64,000 bases of DNA from a virus: IMG/VR virus record IMGVR_UViG_3300025383_001098. One strand, written 5' to 3'. The notes below the pieces were generated by a model. The model searched no databases, was not told the DNA's origin, and saw only the letters and a list, made by a program, of their open reading frames with translations. Below, piece after piece: positions 8,769-17,686 of this stretch. Position numbers and translations under genes: made by a program. How positions within the stretch are numbered: the stretch's first letter is position 1; each line of letters begins with the position of its first letter.

Positions 8769-9735
8769 TGTTCCAGACCAAATCAATGGAGTGGTCACAA
8801 CTTTCAAGAACTTGGAAGATTGTGCTCGCAGTGACGGGTATCGTGTTGTTTATTGTGATCCCGGGCAGTTCCCTAATTTTGCTTGCCCTGGCTATCCTGA
8901 AGTTCGCCTCTGTTGGCCGCACGGTATCAGTAAAAAAATTAAAGCGATACAGCCAGATTTTATACACATCGCTACGGAAGGGCCTGTAGGCCTATTTGCA
9001 AGGTGGTGGTGTGAGCGCAATCATATTCCTTATAATACTTCTTATCATACTGATTTCCCCGAGTTCTTAAAGACAATGTATGGGGTACCTAAGTCGTTGA
9101 CCTATTGGTACTTGCGTTGGTTTCATAAGAACAGTCATCGAGTATTAGTTACTACAAAGACCATAGAAGCGGATTTAGCCTCGCACGGTTTTACAAATAT
9201 GGTTATATGGACTCGTGGTGTTCGCAGAGACATAGAGCCCAGCGTTCCTTGGTGCGAAAATCGTTCAAAACCAATGTTACTTAATGTAGGTCGTGTCAGC
9301 GCCGAAAAAGGTCTATCAAATTTAGTAGAATTTGACCCAACCGAATATACCGTGGTTGTTGTAGGTGAAGGTCCATATATGAGTCGTGCCAGAGAGCTAC
9401 TACCTGATGCCAAATTTGTAGGATATAAATCTGGGCAAGAATTGGTAGATTATTACAATCAAGCAGATGTATTTGTTTTCCCCAGCCAAGCAGATACGTT
9501 TGGATTAGTTATTATAGAAGCAATGGCACAGGGTTGTCCTGTAGCAGCATTTCCTGTACAAGGTCCTATAGATATCATAGAACAAGGTGTAAATGGTTAC
9601 ATGGATTGGGATTTGGAATTGGCAGTTAAACAATGTTTGACATTAGATAGAGATCAAGTTAAAATATCAAGTGAGCGTTGGACTTGGTCCGAATGCTGGC
9701 GTATATTTCGAGAAAATTTAGCAGAAATCAAGTAG
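8737..9735 (+). CDS. GT4 glycosyltransferase (Agt-like diacylglycerol glycosyltransferase)
   Basis: TD..PDQINGVV, IHIATEGPVG, SYHTDFPE, VGRVSAEKG and DTFGLVIIEAMAQG motifs. Confidence 0.85.
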   Translation: MTKTILVITDNVPDQINGVVTTFKNLEDCARSDGYRVVYCDPGQFPNFACPGYPEVRLCWPHGISKKIKAIQPDFIHIATEGPVGLFARWWCERNHIPYNTSYHTDFPEFLKTMYGVPKSLTYWYLRWFHKNSHRVLVTTKTIEADLASHGFTNMVIWTRGVRRDIEPSVPWCENRSKPMLLNVGRVSAEKGLSNLVEFDPTEYTVVVVGEGPYMSRARELLPDAKFVGYKSGQELVDYYNQADVFVFPSQADTFGLVIIEAMAQGCPVAAFPVQGPIDIIEQGVNGYMDWDLELAVKQCLTLDRDQVKISSERWTWSECWRIFRENLAEIK

Positions 9736-9749
9736 TAAAAGGAAGTAAC

Positions 9750-9902
9750 ATGTTTGTATTAGAATACCTGGCGATAGGTTTTATAACAGTCTTTGGGTGG
9801 AATTCAGGACAGGCAGTTTGGGATAAGTATGTAGACATACCCCAGGCAGAACAGTCTCAAAAGTCAACCGGTAGTAAGAATGACACAAGAAGCAAAATCT
9901 AA
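9750..9902 (+). CDS. Small membrane protein
   Basis: aagga SD before ATG 9750; hydrophobic N-terminus. Confidence 0.45.
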   Translation: MFVLEYLAIGFITVFGWNSGQAVWDKYVDIPQAEQSQKSTGSKNDTRSKI

Positions 9903-9998
9903 AACGTGGTTAGACAAGTTTGAAAGAGTAGTAGATAACATACTGCGTATACTATGGTTGATATTATTAATTGGATGGATAGTTAATAATCATCAATT

Positions 9999-10646
9999 AT
10001 GAAAACCATTGCCTTATTCATAGCCGATCCCAAATGCTCAGTACAAAGTGCAAACGGTATCATGCAAGCACTGGGAAATAATTTCCGTTACAAGATATTC
10101 AGTAAAAATGCCTTAGAGGACAGTTTCTTTGATTCTGTTGATCTAATTGTGGTACCCGGCGGCTTTGGCGATGCTGATAGTTTTGATACCCTGTTCAAAT
10201 ATAATAAAACCCGTGTTAAAGAATTTATAAAAAGTGGTGGCCAGTACCTGGGAATTTGTATGGGTGCGTATTGGGCAGGCCAACATTACTTTGATATATT
10301 AGACCAAGTGGATGTTGTGCAGTACATAACACACCCCAGTACTTGTACACGTAGGCCACACGCTAAAAATATTGCCACTGAGTGGTACGGTGGGCACTAT
10401 CAAGACATGTTCTTTTACGATGGGCCTACCTTTGTCGGGCCAGGCAATTATCGTACTATAGCCACATACGCCACAACTGGGTTGCCCATGGCCATACAGC
10501 AAGGCAACATAGCGTTAATTGGGTGCCATCCCGAAAGCGAGCAATTTTGGTATGACAATTATAGCTGGATGAAAGGCAAATACCATAACGGCCAACATCA
10601 CGAAATATTAAAGGACTTTGTAGAAGAACTCATAATAAATACTTGA
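9999..10646 (+). CDS. BPL_N / class I glutamine amidotransferase-like protein
   Basis: VPGG, YLGICMGAY nucleophile elbow and HPE triad motif. Confidence 0.8.
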   Translation: MKTIALFIADPKCSVQSANGIMQALGNNFRYKIFSKNALEDSFFDSVDLIVVPGGFGDADSFDTLFKYNKTRVKEFIKSGGQYLGICMGAYWAGQHYFDILDQVDVVQYITHPSTCTRRPHAKNIATEWYGGHYQDMFFYDGPTFVGPGNYRTIATYATTGLPMAIQQGNIALIGCHPESEQFWYDNYSWMKGKYHNGQHHEILKDFVEELIINT

Positions 10647-12697
10647 TGTTCAAAAAAATATTAACCAGTCCATGGACGGCATTATTAACATTAGCACTTG
10701 TTCTAAGTATAAGAATTGCAGATCCTACATTTATAGAAAGCGTAAGACTACGTTATTTTGATACTTTAGTAACAAGTCGAGCACCAGAAACAATTGGTGT
10801 AAGTGTAGTAAACATTGATGAAAAAGCCCTGGAAAAATATGGGCAATTCCCTTTTTCAAGAGACATATATGGAAAAATTATTAGCGATTTGTACCGTCGC
10901 AATGCGGGCCTTGTTGTATTTAATATTCTCACTCCTGATCGTGATCGCCTTGGTCGAGATGCGGATTATATAGCCTCACTACGCCAATACCCAACGATCC
11001 TGCCCAGTGTAGGTAGCACACAAACTCGTAACACGCCGAGAGCACCGGGATCAGTAGTAATTGGTCCATACGGCTTAGATACATTTGTAACATACCCTGG
11101 ACTTATTGCCAACATACCCGGTGTTGAATCGGCAGCTGCAGGTGTTGGTATTACTAACACACTTCCTGAAGTTGATGGAGTCGTACGTCGTATGCCGTTG
11201 GTGGTTGCCTATAATGGCAAACTATATCCAAGCCTGGCAATGGAAACACTTCGTGTTGCTGGTGCAGACTCAACTGTACAGATCAAGGTAAATGAGAATG
11301 GCGTTGAGAAAATGCGTATTCCCAAGTTTGGTCCTGTTACTACAGATAGTTTATCACGAATCTGGATTGACTGGTCATTGGTTCCAGAACATTATAGTTT
11401 AACTGATTTACCTCAAGATTTTGATGGTGATATAGTTATTGTTGGAGTATCAGCGCAGGGACTTGCTAATCCTGTTGCTACAAGTCGAGGCGAAATATTG
11501 CCACAAGATTTACAAGCAAGTGTACTGGGTACTGTAATTGCCAATCGAGATCGACCTGTTATTACCAGACCTGATTGGGCCGAAGGCGGAGAAGTAATTC
11601 TGTTAGCTGTTATTGGTGTTCTATTAATCTTTTTGTCAAGGTGGACTTATGTTGGACTTCTTAGTGCAGTTGTTATTATTGGTGGTAGTATTCCCCTTTC
11701 TAATTATTTGTATTCGGCTAATGCTTGGCTTGTCGACATTACTGGTTTGGTTGGTGGGCTTGTTCTTGTTGCTCTCCATGTTTACGGGGTCAAATTTGTA
11801 AGTGAGTTCTTACAAAAGCAAGCAATTAAGAAACAGTTTGCTGGCTATTGCAGTAAAGAAGTAGTAGAGATGCTACAAAAAGATCCAGACCTAATCAAGC
11901 GTGGTGTACGTAAAGACGTGTCAGTTATGTTCTCAGACTTGCGTGGGTTTACACCTATTGGTGAACACTATGGTGATGATGTTGCTGGCTTAGGCAAGTA
12001 CATGAACGGCTACATGGATGCTATCAGTCAACCTATGTTAGACAACAAAGGTATGATTATTAAGTATGTAGGTGACGCATCGATGCACATACACGGTGCT
12101 CCTATTGAAGACCCTAACCATGCTCATACTATCGTTAAAGTTGGTTTAGAGATGTTAGATGCGGTAGACGAGTATACCAAGATTATGGAAGCACAGGGCC
12201 TGCCTCCTGCCGCAATGGGTTGGGGCTGTAACTCAGGTATTGGCTTTATTGGTGAGATGGGGTCAACTGACCGTCACAGCTATGACATCTTAGGCGACAT
12301 GGTAAGCACAGCCGCACGTTTAGAAGCTCGTTGTAAGGCTTATGGTGTGCTATGTATCATCGGTGCTGAAACTTACAATCGTACTAAAGACGACTTTTTC
12401 TACTTGTTGTTAGATAACTTACAGCCTAAAGGTAAAACTGTAGCTGACTTGATTTATACAGCACTACGTACACGTGGTGTTGATTACACAAAAGATCGAG
12501 AGCAACACGAAGCGATGCATGCCTTATATCGAGCTAAAAAGTTTGATGAAGCAGCCGCAATGTGTAAAAAGTTAGTGGGAAATTTTGGTGGGCAAATGGA
12601 TAAGTATTACAAGATCTGGATCGAACGTTGTGAGTTTATGAAACAACAAGATTTACCAGACAATTGGAATGGCGAATTCATAGCTCACGAAAAATGA
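10646..12697 (+). CDS. CHASE2-domain class III adenylate/guanylate cyclase
   Basis: N-terminal TM; CHASE2 motifs VNIDEKAL..YGQFP..R and DGVVRRMP; 3 TM helices; FSDLRGFT, IKYVGD and GD.V..AARLE. Confidence 0.92.
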   Translation: MFKKILTSPWTALLTLALVLSIRIADPTFIESVRLRYFDTLVTSRAPETIGVSVVNIDEKALEKYGQFPFSRDIYGKIISDLYRRNAGLVVFNILTPDRDRLGRDADYIASLRQYPTILPSVGSTQTRNTPRAPGSVVIGPYGLDTFVTYPGLIANIPGVESAAAGVGITNTLPEVDGVVRRMPLVVAYNGKLYPSLAMETLRVAGADSTVQIKVNENGVEKMRIPKFGPVTTDSLSRIWIDWSLVPEHYSLTDLPQDFDGDIVIVGVSAQGLANPVATSRGEILPQDLQASVLGTVIANRDRPVITRPDWAEGGEVILLAVIGVLLIFLSRWTYVGLLSAVVIIGGSIPLSNYLYSANAWLVDITGLVGGLVLVALHVYGVKFVSEFLQKQAIKKQFAGYCSKEVVEMLQKDPDLIKRGVRKDVSVMFSDLRGFTPIGEHYGDDVAGLGKYMNGYMDAISQPMLDNKGMIIKYVGDASMHIHGAPIEDPNHAHTIVKVGLEMLDAVDEYTKIMEAQGLPPAAMGWGCNSGIGFIGEMGSTDRHSYDILGDMVSTAARLEARCKAYGVLCIIGAETYNRTKDDFFYLLLDNLQPKGKTVADLIYTALRTRGVDYTKDREQHEAMHALYRAKKFDEAAAMCKKLVGNFGGQMDKYYKIWIERCEFMKQQDLPDNWNGEFIAHEK

Positions 12698-12810
12698 TCA
12701 TTGATAAGTTAATTGACACGTATGTATGGTGGTTTTTGCAGATATATTTTTTGCCATATCGTTTGCCCGAGTACGGCACAGAAGTAGACAAGTGGGTTAG
12801 TACGTTCAGT

Positions 12811-13524
12811 CTAAACGGTGTCAAGAGCTCGAACCTTTGCAAGCCCGAAGCGTCTAAGTAGTTGTATATACGTCCAACCTAAATCCCACTCCCACGGTTT
12901 CATTGATAATTTAGCACTGGCAGGATCTGCATGGTGATTGTTGTGTAGTTCTTCGCCGCCAATAAAGAATGCCCAGGGTACAATGTTAGTTGAGTAGTCA
13001 TTGGTCTTAGTATTGCGATAACCCCACCAATGCCCGAAGCCGTTAATAACACCTGCGGCCCATAAGGGAATCCAAATCATTTGCCATAGCCAAGGCAACC
13101 AACCCCAAGCCCAGCCAAATATAGCAGAATTAATAAAAAACATTAACACAATGCCTGCAAAGTTAAATGGTGTGTAGATATGCTTTTCAACCCAATCATC
13201 GGGTGTACCTACTCCGTACTGTTCAACCATTTGACGATCTTTAGCGGCATCGGCATAGTAAAATGCACCACCTAAGAATATTTGCCAGATACCGTATACA
13301 CGTGGGCTATGAGGATCACCTTCTCCGTCGGTAAATCTGTGATGTTTACGATGTATAGCCACCCATTGCTTGGTAACCATACCAGTTGTTAACCACAACC
13401 AAAAACGCATAAAGTGTTCTATATAAGGATGAAATGTAACTGAACGATGTGCTTGACTACGATGTAAGTAAAGGGTAACGCAGGCAATGGTGATGTGAGT
13501 CATCACCAGGATGTATATTAACAT
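12811..13524 (-). CDS. Membrane fatty acid (delta-9 acyl-lipid/CoA) desaturase
   Basis: His boxes HRSQAH, HRKHH and ELHNNHH. Confidence 0.9.
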   Translation of the reverse strand: MLIYILVMTHITIACVTLYLHRSQAHRSVTFHPYIEHFMRFWLWLTTGMVTKQWVAIHRKHHRFTDGEGDPHSPRVYGIWQIFLGGAFYYADAAKDRQMVEQYGVGTPDDWVEKHIYTPFNFAGIVLMFFINSAIFGWAWGWLPWLWQMIWIPLWAAGVINGFGHWWGYRNTKTNDYSTNIVPWAFFIGGEELHNNHHADPASAKLSMKPWEWDLGWTYIQLLRRFGLAKVRALDTV

Positions 13525-13530
13525 TGCGAA

Positions 13531-13749
13531 TTAAGCGTAGCTGTCTGATTGAGCAACTACGATAGGTTCTGGATTAACAGATTGTACAGAGTGTACTAAT
13601 TGATTATGTTCGTTATAGATTTTAGCGGCATGGTGATCGCCATTGTTAACGAATTCCATTGCTTCGGCTAAACTATCAAATGCTGCAGCAATAGTGTCTA
13701 ACTGACCATTAACCCATTTATGTAATTTTACTCTATGTTTTTTAGACAT
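13531..13749 (-). CDS. Hypothetical protein
   Basis: aagga SD before MSKKHRV; upstream TAAATA. Confidence 0.6.
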   Translation of the reverse strand: MSKKHRVKLHKWVNGQLDTIAAAFDSLAEAMEFVNNGDHHAAKIYNEHNQLVHSVQSVNPEPIVVAQSDSYA

Positions 13750-13762
13750 GATTATTATCCTT

Positions 13763-14815
13763 TTAAGTAAAGTATTTAGCCCAAGTTTTGCGTGTTGCAT
13801 CGGTGTAAGCTGTTAAACTCCATTGATTGGATTTGACATTTATACGGGGCCAATTATAGGATAATTCTAATTTTCGAGCAATATCTGCACTACTATTAGG
13901 ATCTGCACAGAACCCATGTACTGCCCAGGGAATTTCTTCTGCTGTGCCAATAAGCGGAACACCTTGACTAATAATGTCAGCACCTACAATATTAAATGTC
14001 TCACTAAAACTTACCTGCATGCCTATGTCCATTTGTCCGCATAATTCTAAGAACTGCTCACGTGGAGTCCACTGATGATTAACAAGTTCGTGTCCATGAT
14101 CTGAAATCTGCTGGAATAGGCCTTTTAGATTGTTTAATGCTGGACCGCCTTGCATTTCAATGCGTCCTGCGTTAACGTGAAATCGTAATCGTTTACCAAT
14201 TTTCTCAGCAAATTCCATAGCACCAAATGCCTGTAGTAAATGATTTTTAAGTGGGCGTACTGCACCAAAGCAACCAATATCTACCCAATCTTTATTGCGG
14301 TTGAATTTTTTTGTTTTATATTCTTGTGGATAAAAGTTAGGAAGATATATTACACGCTCTTCGGTTGTTTTATCATCCCACTGATTTAAGTGTTGTAAGT
14401 ATAACCGTGTCTCACGTAACATACGTGGTGCATTACAGGCAATAACAATGTTGTCAAAACGACTATAATCGCCCAACCAATCCATTGCGTTACCTTCACC
14501 GGCCATGAATGGCATTTCTGAGTGTAGGCGAATAATCCAGGTTACTCCAGGATGTAATCGTTGTAATACTGTAAATTTACTTGGAACTACCCAAAGTGCC
14601 TCAATGATACAATGTGTGGGCTTATGAGCAGTTACTAAACGGTCGATGCAATTATTATCAATGGCAACTTCTAAAACGCTGTCAATATTTGATTCTGTTA
14701 ACATATTGTTAACAAAGCTGGCAGAATTAAATAGGCCTGTTGATAAGCCTATGTGAGAATGCAAGACTGCTTGATAGTCTTCTCGACGTTTTAGAATGAA
14801 TAATACTTTGGACAC
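13763..14815 (-). CDS. GT4-like glycosyltransferase
   Basis: FGAVRPLKN and SFSETFNIVGAD....GVP motifs. Confidence 0.65.
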   Translation of the reverse strand: MSKVLFILKRREDYQAVLHSHIGLSTGLFNSASFVNNMLTESNIDSVLEVAIDNNCIDRLVTAHKPTHCIIEALWVVPSKFTVLQRLHPGVTWIIRLHSEMPFMAGEGNAMDWLGDYSRFDNIVIACNAPRMLRETRLYLQHLNQWDDKTTEERVIYLPNFYPQEYKTKKFNRNKDWVDIGCFGAVRPLKNHLLQAFGAMEFAEKIGKRLRFHVNAGRIEMQGGPALNNLKGLFQQISDHGHELVNHQWTPREQFLELCGQMDIGMQVSFSETFNIVGADIISQGVPLIGTAEEIPWAVHGFCADPNSSADIARKLELSYNWPRINVKSNQWSLTAYTDATRKTWAKYFT

Positions 14816-14880
14816 AGGTCACCTTATTGATTTAACACATCTATTTATCAAAAAGTGATTTTTAAAATATTACAATTAGA

Positions 14881-15210
14881 TTAACCAGTGCCGCCTGATG
14901 CTTCTTGTTCGTCTGAAGTTGTAGTTTTGTCTACTTTGTTGATCTGTTTCTCGGCTTCAACACGTTCGTGTTCGATAGTTTTACCACGTAGATGTAAAAC
15001 TGTGTTGACCTTTTGATTTAAACGGATAAGATCGTTATCCAACATGCGGATACGATCAATAAGAGCAATAAGAACTGTATTGGCGTCAGAGATAACTGGC
15101 TTAACTTCTGTCGTGGCCCACTTCCAAACATAGTGGATAATGTAGCCCATGCCAACTGCCATAACAATCGGAAAGCCATACTTATTAACTAACTCTGCTA
15201 TATCGCCCAT
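14881..15210 (-). CDS. Single-TM coiled-coil protein (paralogue of 16116..16397)
   Basis: MGDI...G.P...A...GY TM helix followed by ALxxRxxxxxxDxIRxxxxV. Confidence 0.7.
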   Translation of the reverse strand: MGDIAELVNKYGFPIVMAVGMGYIIHYVWKWATTEVKPVISDANTVLIALIDRIRMLDNDLIRLNQKVNTVLHLRGKTIEHERVEAEKQINKVDKTTTSDEQEASGGTG

Positions 15211-15219
15211 AATTTATCC

Positions 15220-15810
15220 TTAGAACCAAAGCAATACACCTTGGCTACTTAATAGTACGCCAAGACCTGCTACTAAAAAGCTGGACCAGAACAGGCTCAT
15301 GCTAACAGCTAAGATACTTGCTGATAACAATACGATTGCCATTTGATATGCAGTTGACGCATAACCAATCCAAGGGCTACGCTTCTTAGCTTCGTCACGA
15401 TCGTGTTCTAACTTTTGTGCCTTGGCTAATAATTCTTTCTTGCCTTCGCCAGACTTAGGGTCACTTTCGTAACGTTCGATCTTGGCTGTCATTTCTGCTA
15501 CACGAGCCCGGTCGCCAGCTTTCTGTGCATCATACAATGATTGCTCTGCCAGCGATTGCTTAATCGACTTGGCCTGATAGAAACTGTAAACGTCGTTGGC
15601 TTTGATTGTATTGTTTAATACTGTAGAACTTAGAGAGCCGCCGTACCAAGCATTAACCGCAAGTAATAACGCAAACACGTTAATAACCATACCTGCTTTG
15701 TCTTTGATCTTTGCTTCACGTTCTGAACGTGAGCCCACCGGAGGCTTAGGTGCGTCGGGATCTTTTGGTGTTTTATTGATTAAGTTTAACACTGAGTCTA
15801 ATAATGCCAT
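15220..15810 (-). CDS. DUF4337-like membrane protein
   Basis: TM, ND.YSFYQAKSIKQ motif, coiled coil and two C-terminal TMs. Confidence 0.7.
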   Translation of the reverse strand: MALLDSVLNLINKTPKDPDAPKPPVGSRSEREAKIKDKAGMVINVFALLLAVNAWYGGSLSSTVLNNTIKANDVYSFYQAKSIKQSLAEQSLYDAQKAGDRARVAEMTAKIERYESDPKSGEGKKELLAKAQKLEHDRDEAKKRSPWIGYASTAYQMAIVLLSASILAVSMSLFWSSFLVAGLGVLLSSQGVLLWF

Positions 15811-15927
15811 TATAATATTACTCCTATAATAATTCCTATTGTAAACGCTATAAGCGCATACTTAATTAAGTCTTTGTCTGTCCAAATTTGTTGATCTAAG
15901 GGATATTTCCCTGGGTTCCATTTTAAA

Positions 15928-16116
15928 TTACTCATTGCCAAATCCTCTTGCAAATTTTTCAATTGGGTCTATTTTTTTAAGTAATCTTGTTCCGCTTTCG
16001 GTAATTACTAATTTAAACATATCCCCTTCTTTCCATCCCAGATTATTAACAGGAAGTTCGTCGTCTAATTTAAGATAGTTAGGGCATAAATCCCACTCGT
16101 AATCTAAATGCAACAT
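15928..16116 (-). CDS. AbrB/MazE-like small protein
   Basis: LGWKEGD.F.L motif. Confidence 0.45.
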   Translation of the reverse strand: MLHLDYEWDLCPNYLKLDDELPVNNLGWKEGDMFKLVITESGTRLLKKIDPIEKFARGFGNE

Positions 16117-16397
16117 TAATCTCTCCTTGCGTCGTTTTTGCCATCGGCACGACTAATACGTTCTACGTCTGGACGTAAACCAAGTGCGTTTGATACAACG
16201 GTATCGATACGGATTACATCATGGTTCATGGTTTTTACACGATTATCAAGTGCTGTGATAATACCGGCCATGCCTTTAATACTGCCCAGCACTCCGCCTA
16301 ATAGTAGTTTAATGGTAAGAAATATAAAGTATCCGCCTGCGAGTGCAGCGGCAACTGGCATACCAAGATCACCAATGATTTTGAAAATATCGCCCAT
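16116..16397 (-). CDS. Single-TM coiled-coil protein (paralogue of 14881..15210)
   Basis: aggag SD; ALDNRVKTMNHDVIRIDTVV. Confidence 0.7.
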   Translation of the reverse strand: MGDIFKIIGDLGMPVAAALAGGYFIFLTIKLLLGGVLGSIKGMAGIITALDNRVKTMNHDVIRIDTVVSNALGLRPDVERISRADGKNDARRD

Positions 16398-16435
16398 AAA
16401 AGCTCCTTGAAAATTCTTATTATTGTTTCAAGTAT

Positions 16436-17683
16436 TTATTGGGCAAGACGCTTTTTTACTTCCTCAAAGTGTGTGGGTGGCAGGTCAACTCGTTGATGAT
16501 GTCTACTGTGATTTCCAGGTATACGGCCGTGGTTAATTCTGTTTAATATACCCTCAAAATTATCAACTAATTCGTTAACAATAAGATCCTTAAATTTGCC
16601 ATAGAAATGTTGATGATTGTATTCTAAAATCTCTTTCATTTCAGAATGCATTTGTTTTAAAGCATCGGGCGACAACTCACATAAGCGTTGAATTTCTGCT
16701 GTAATTTTTTCTATGCGTATATAATGATCTGTTTCTTCGTCGTAACTTTCGTCAATCCACTGATCAAATGTACGAAACCCGTAGCTCTTTAAATAGGCAA
16801 GATTACCCGGAGCCGCCGCAAGTATAAAAGGACGACGTGCAACAATGGGCTTAAAAACTTTTTCAGTTAAATGTAACTTGGGCAAGAAATAAACAGTTTC
16901 AGTAACCACGTGCCAAAGTACGCTGGTTAACTCGTTAATGTCAACATTGGCACTCATTGAACCTGTAGGAGTATCGGTGTCAATTATTAGTGGACCGCTT
17001 AGTTGACTTAATGCTGATGTAATTTTTGCTCTTGCACGATCGTCCAGTGGCGTTGCTGGATCTTCAACAGAATCTTGCCACGTACCTAAATTATCGCTTA
17101 GGAACAGGCTAACCCGCCCATGTTTGATTAAATCTTGATTAATTAGATTGCTGACAAGATGTAAGCGATAGGAACGATATTTTGATATTAAATGATTGTA
17201 ACATATAAATACTTTATCAAATTGATCAAAGACCGTTGGGTTTACATATTGAAAATCTCTATACCAATCTAAAGCTGCAAACCCGTGAAAGAAATAATAC
17301 CAATTATAGTAATTATTTGATCGAATATACTCATCTAATAAGTCAGATTTTTCACTATTAGCCAATATCATAAATGCCCTGGGCCCAGTATAATCATCAA
17401 TAAAGGTAATTAGTTTATTATCTTTAGCAACTGCTTTAGTATACTCATAAAATGGTTCTTGATCAAAGAAATAGCAATGTAGAAGACTTTGTCTTATCAA
17501 TGGTATAGTGTGAAATGCAAATACTTCAGTTGATGAATTTTGTTTACCAACAGGATCGTTTGTATAAATTAATGTACTATCGTAAGTGCCAAAAGGATGA
17601 AATGCTACCGAACTTGCATTAAGAGGTAGCGGATCAATTAAATTATTGTGTATAATGTCGTAAAATCTATCTAAGGAAAACAT
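16436..17683 (-). CDS. GT10-like glycosyltransferase-like protein, paralogue 2
   Basis: VVTET...HLTEKVFKPIVARRPF....GFRTF..IDESYD. Confidence 0.55.
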   Translation of the reverse strand: MFSLDRFYDIIHNNLIDPLPLNASSVAFHPFGTYDSTLIYTNDPVGKQNSSTEVFAFHTIPLIRQSLLHCYFFDQEPFYEYTKAVAKDNKLITFIDDYTGPRAFMILANSEKSDLLDEYIRSNNYYNWYYFFHGFAALDWYRDFQYVNPTVFDQFDKVFICYNHLISKYRSYRLHLVSNLINQDLIKHGRVSLFLSDNLGTWQDSVEDPATPLDDRARAKITSALSQLSGPLIIDTDTPTGSMSANVDINELTSVLWHVVTETVYFLPKLHLTEKVFKPIVARRPFILAAAPGNLAYLKSYGFRTFDQWIDESYDEETDHYIRIEKITAEIQRLCELSPDALKQMHSEMKEILEYNHQHFYGKFKDLIVNELVDNFEGILNRINHGRIPGNHSRHHQRVDLPPTHFEEVKKRLAQ

Positions 17684-17686
17684 CGA

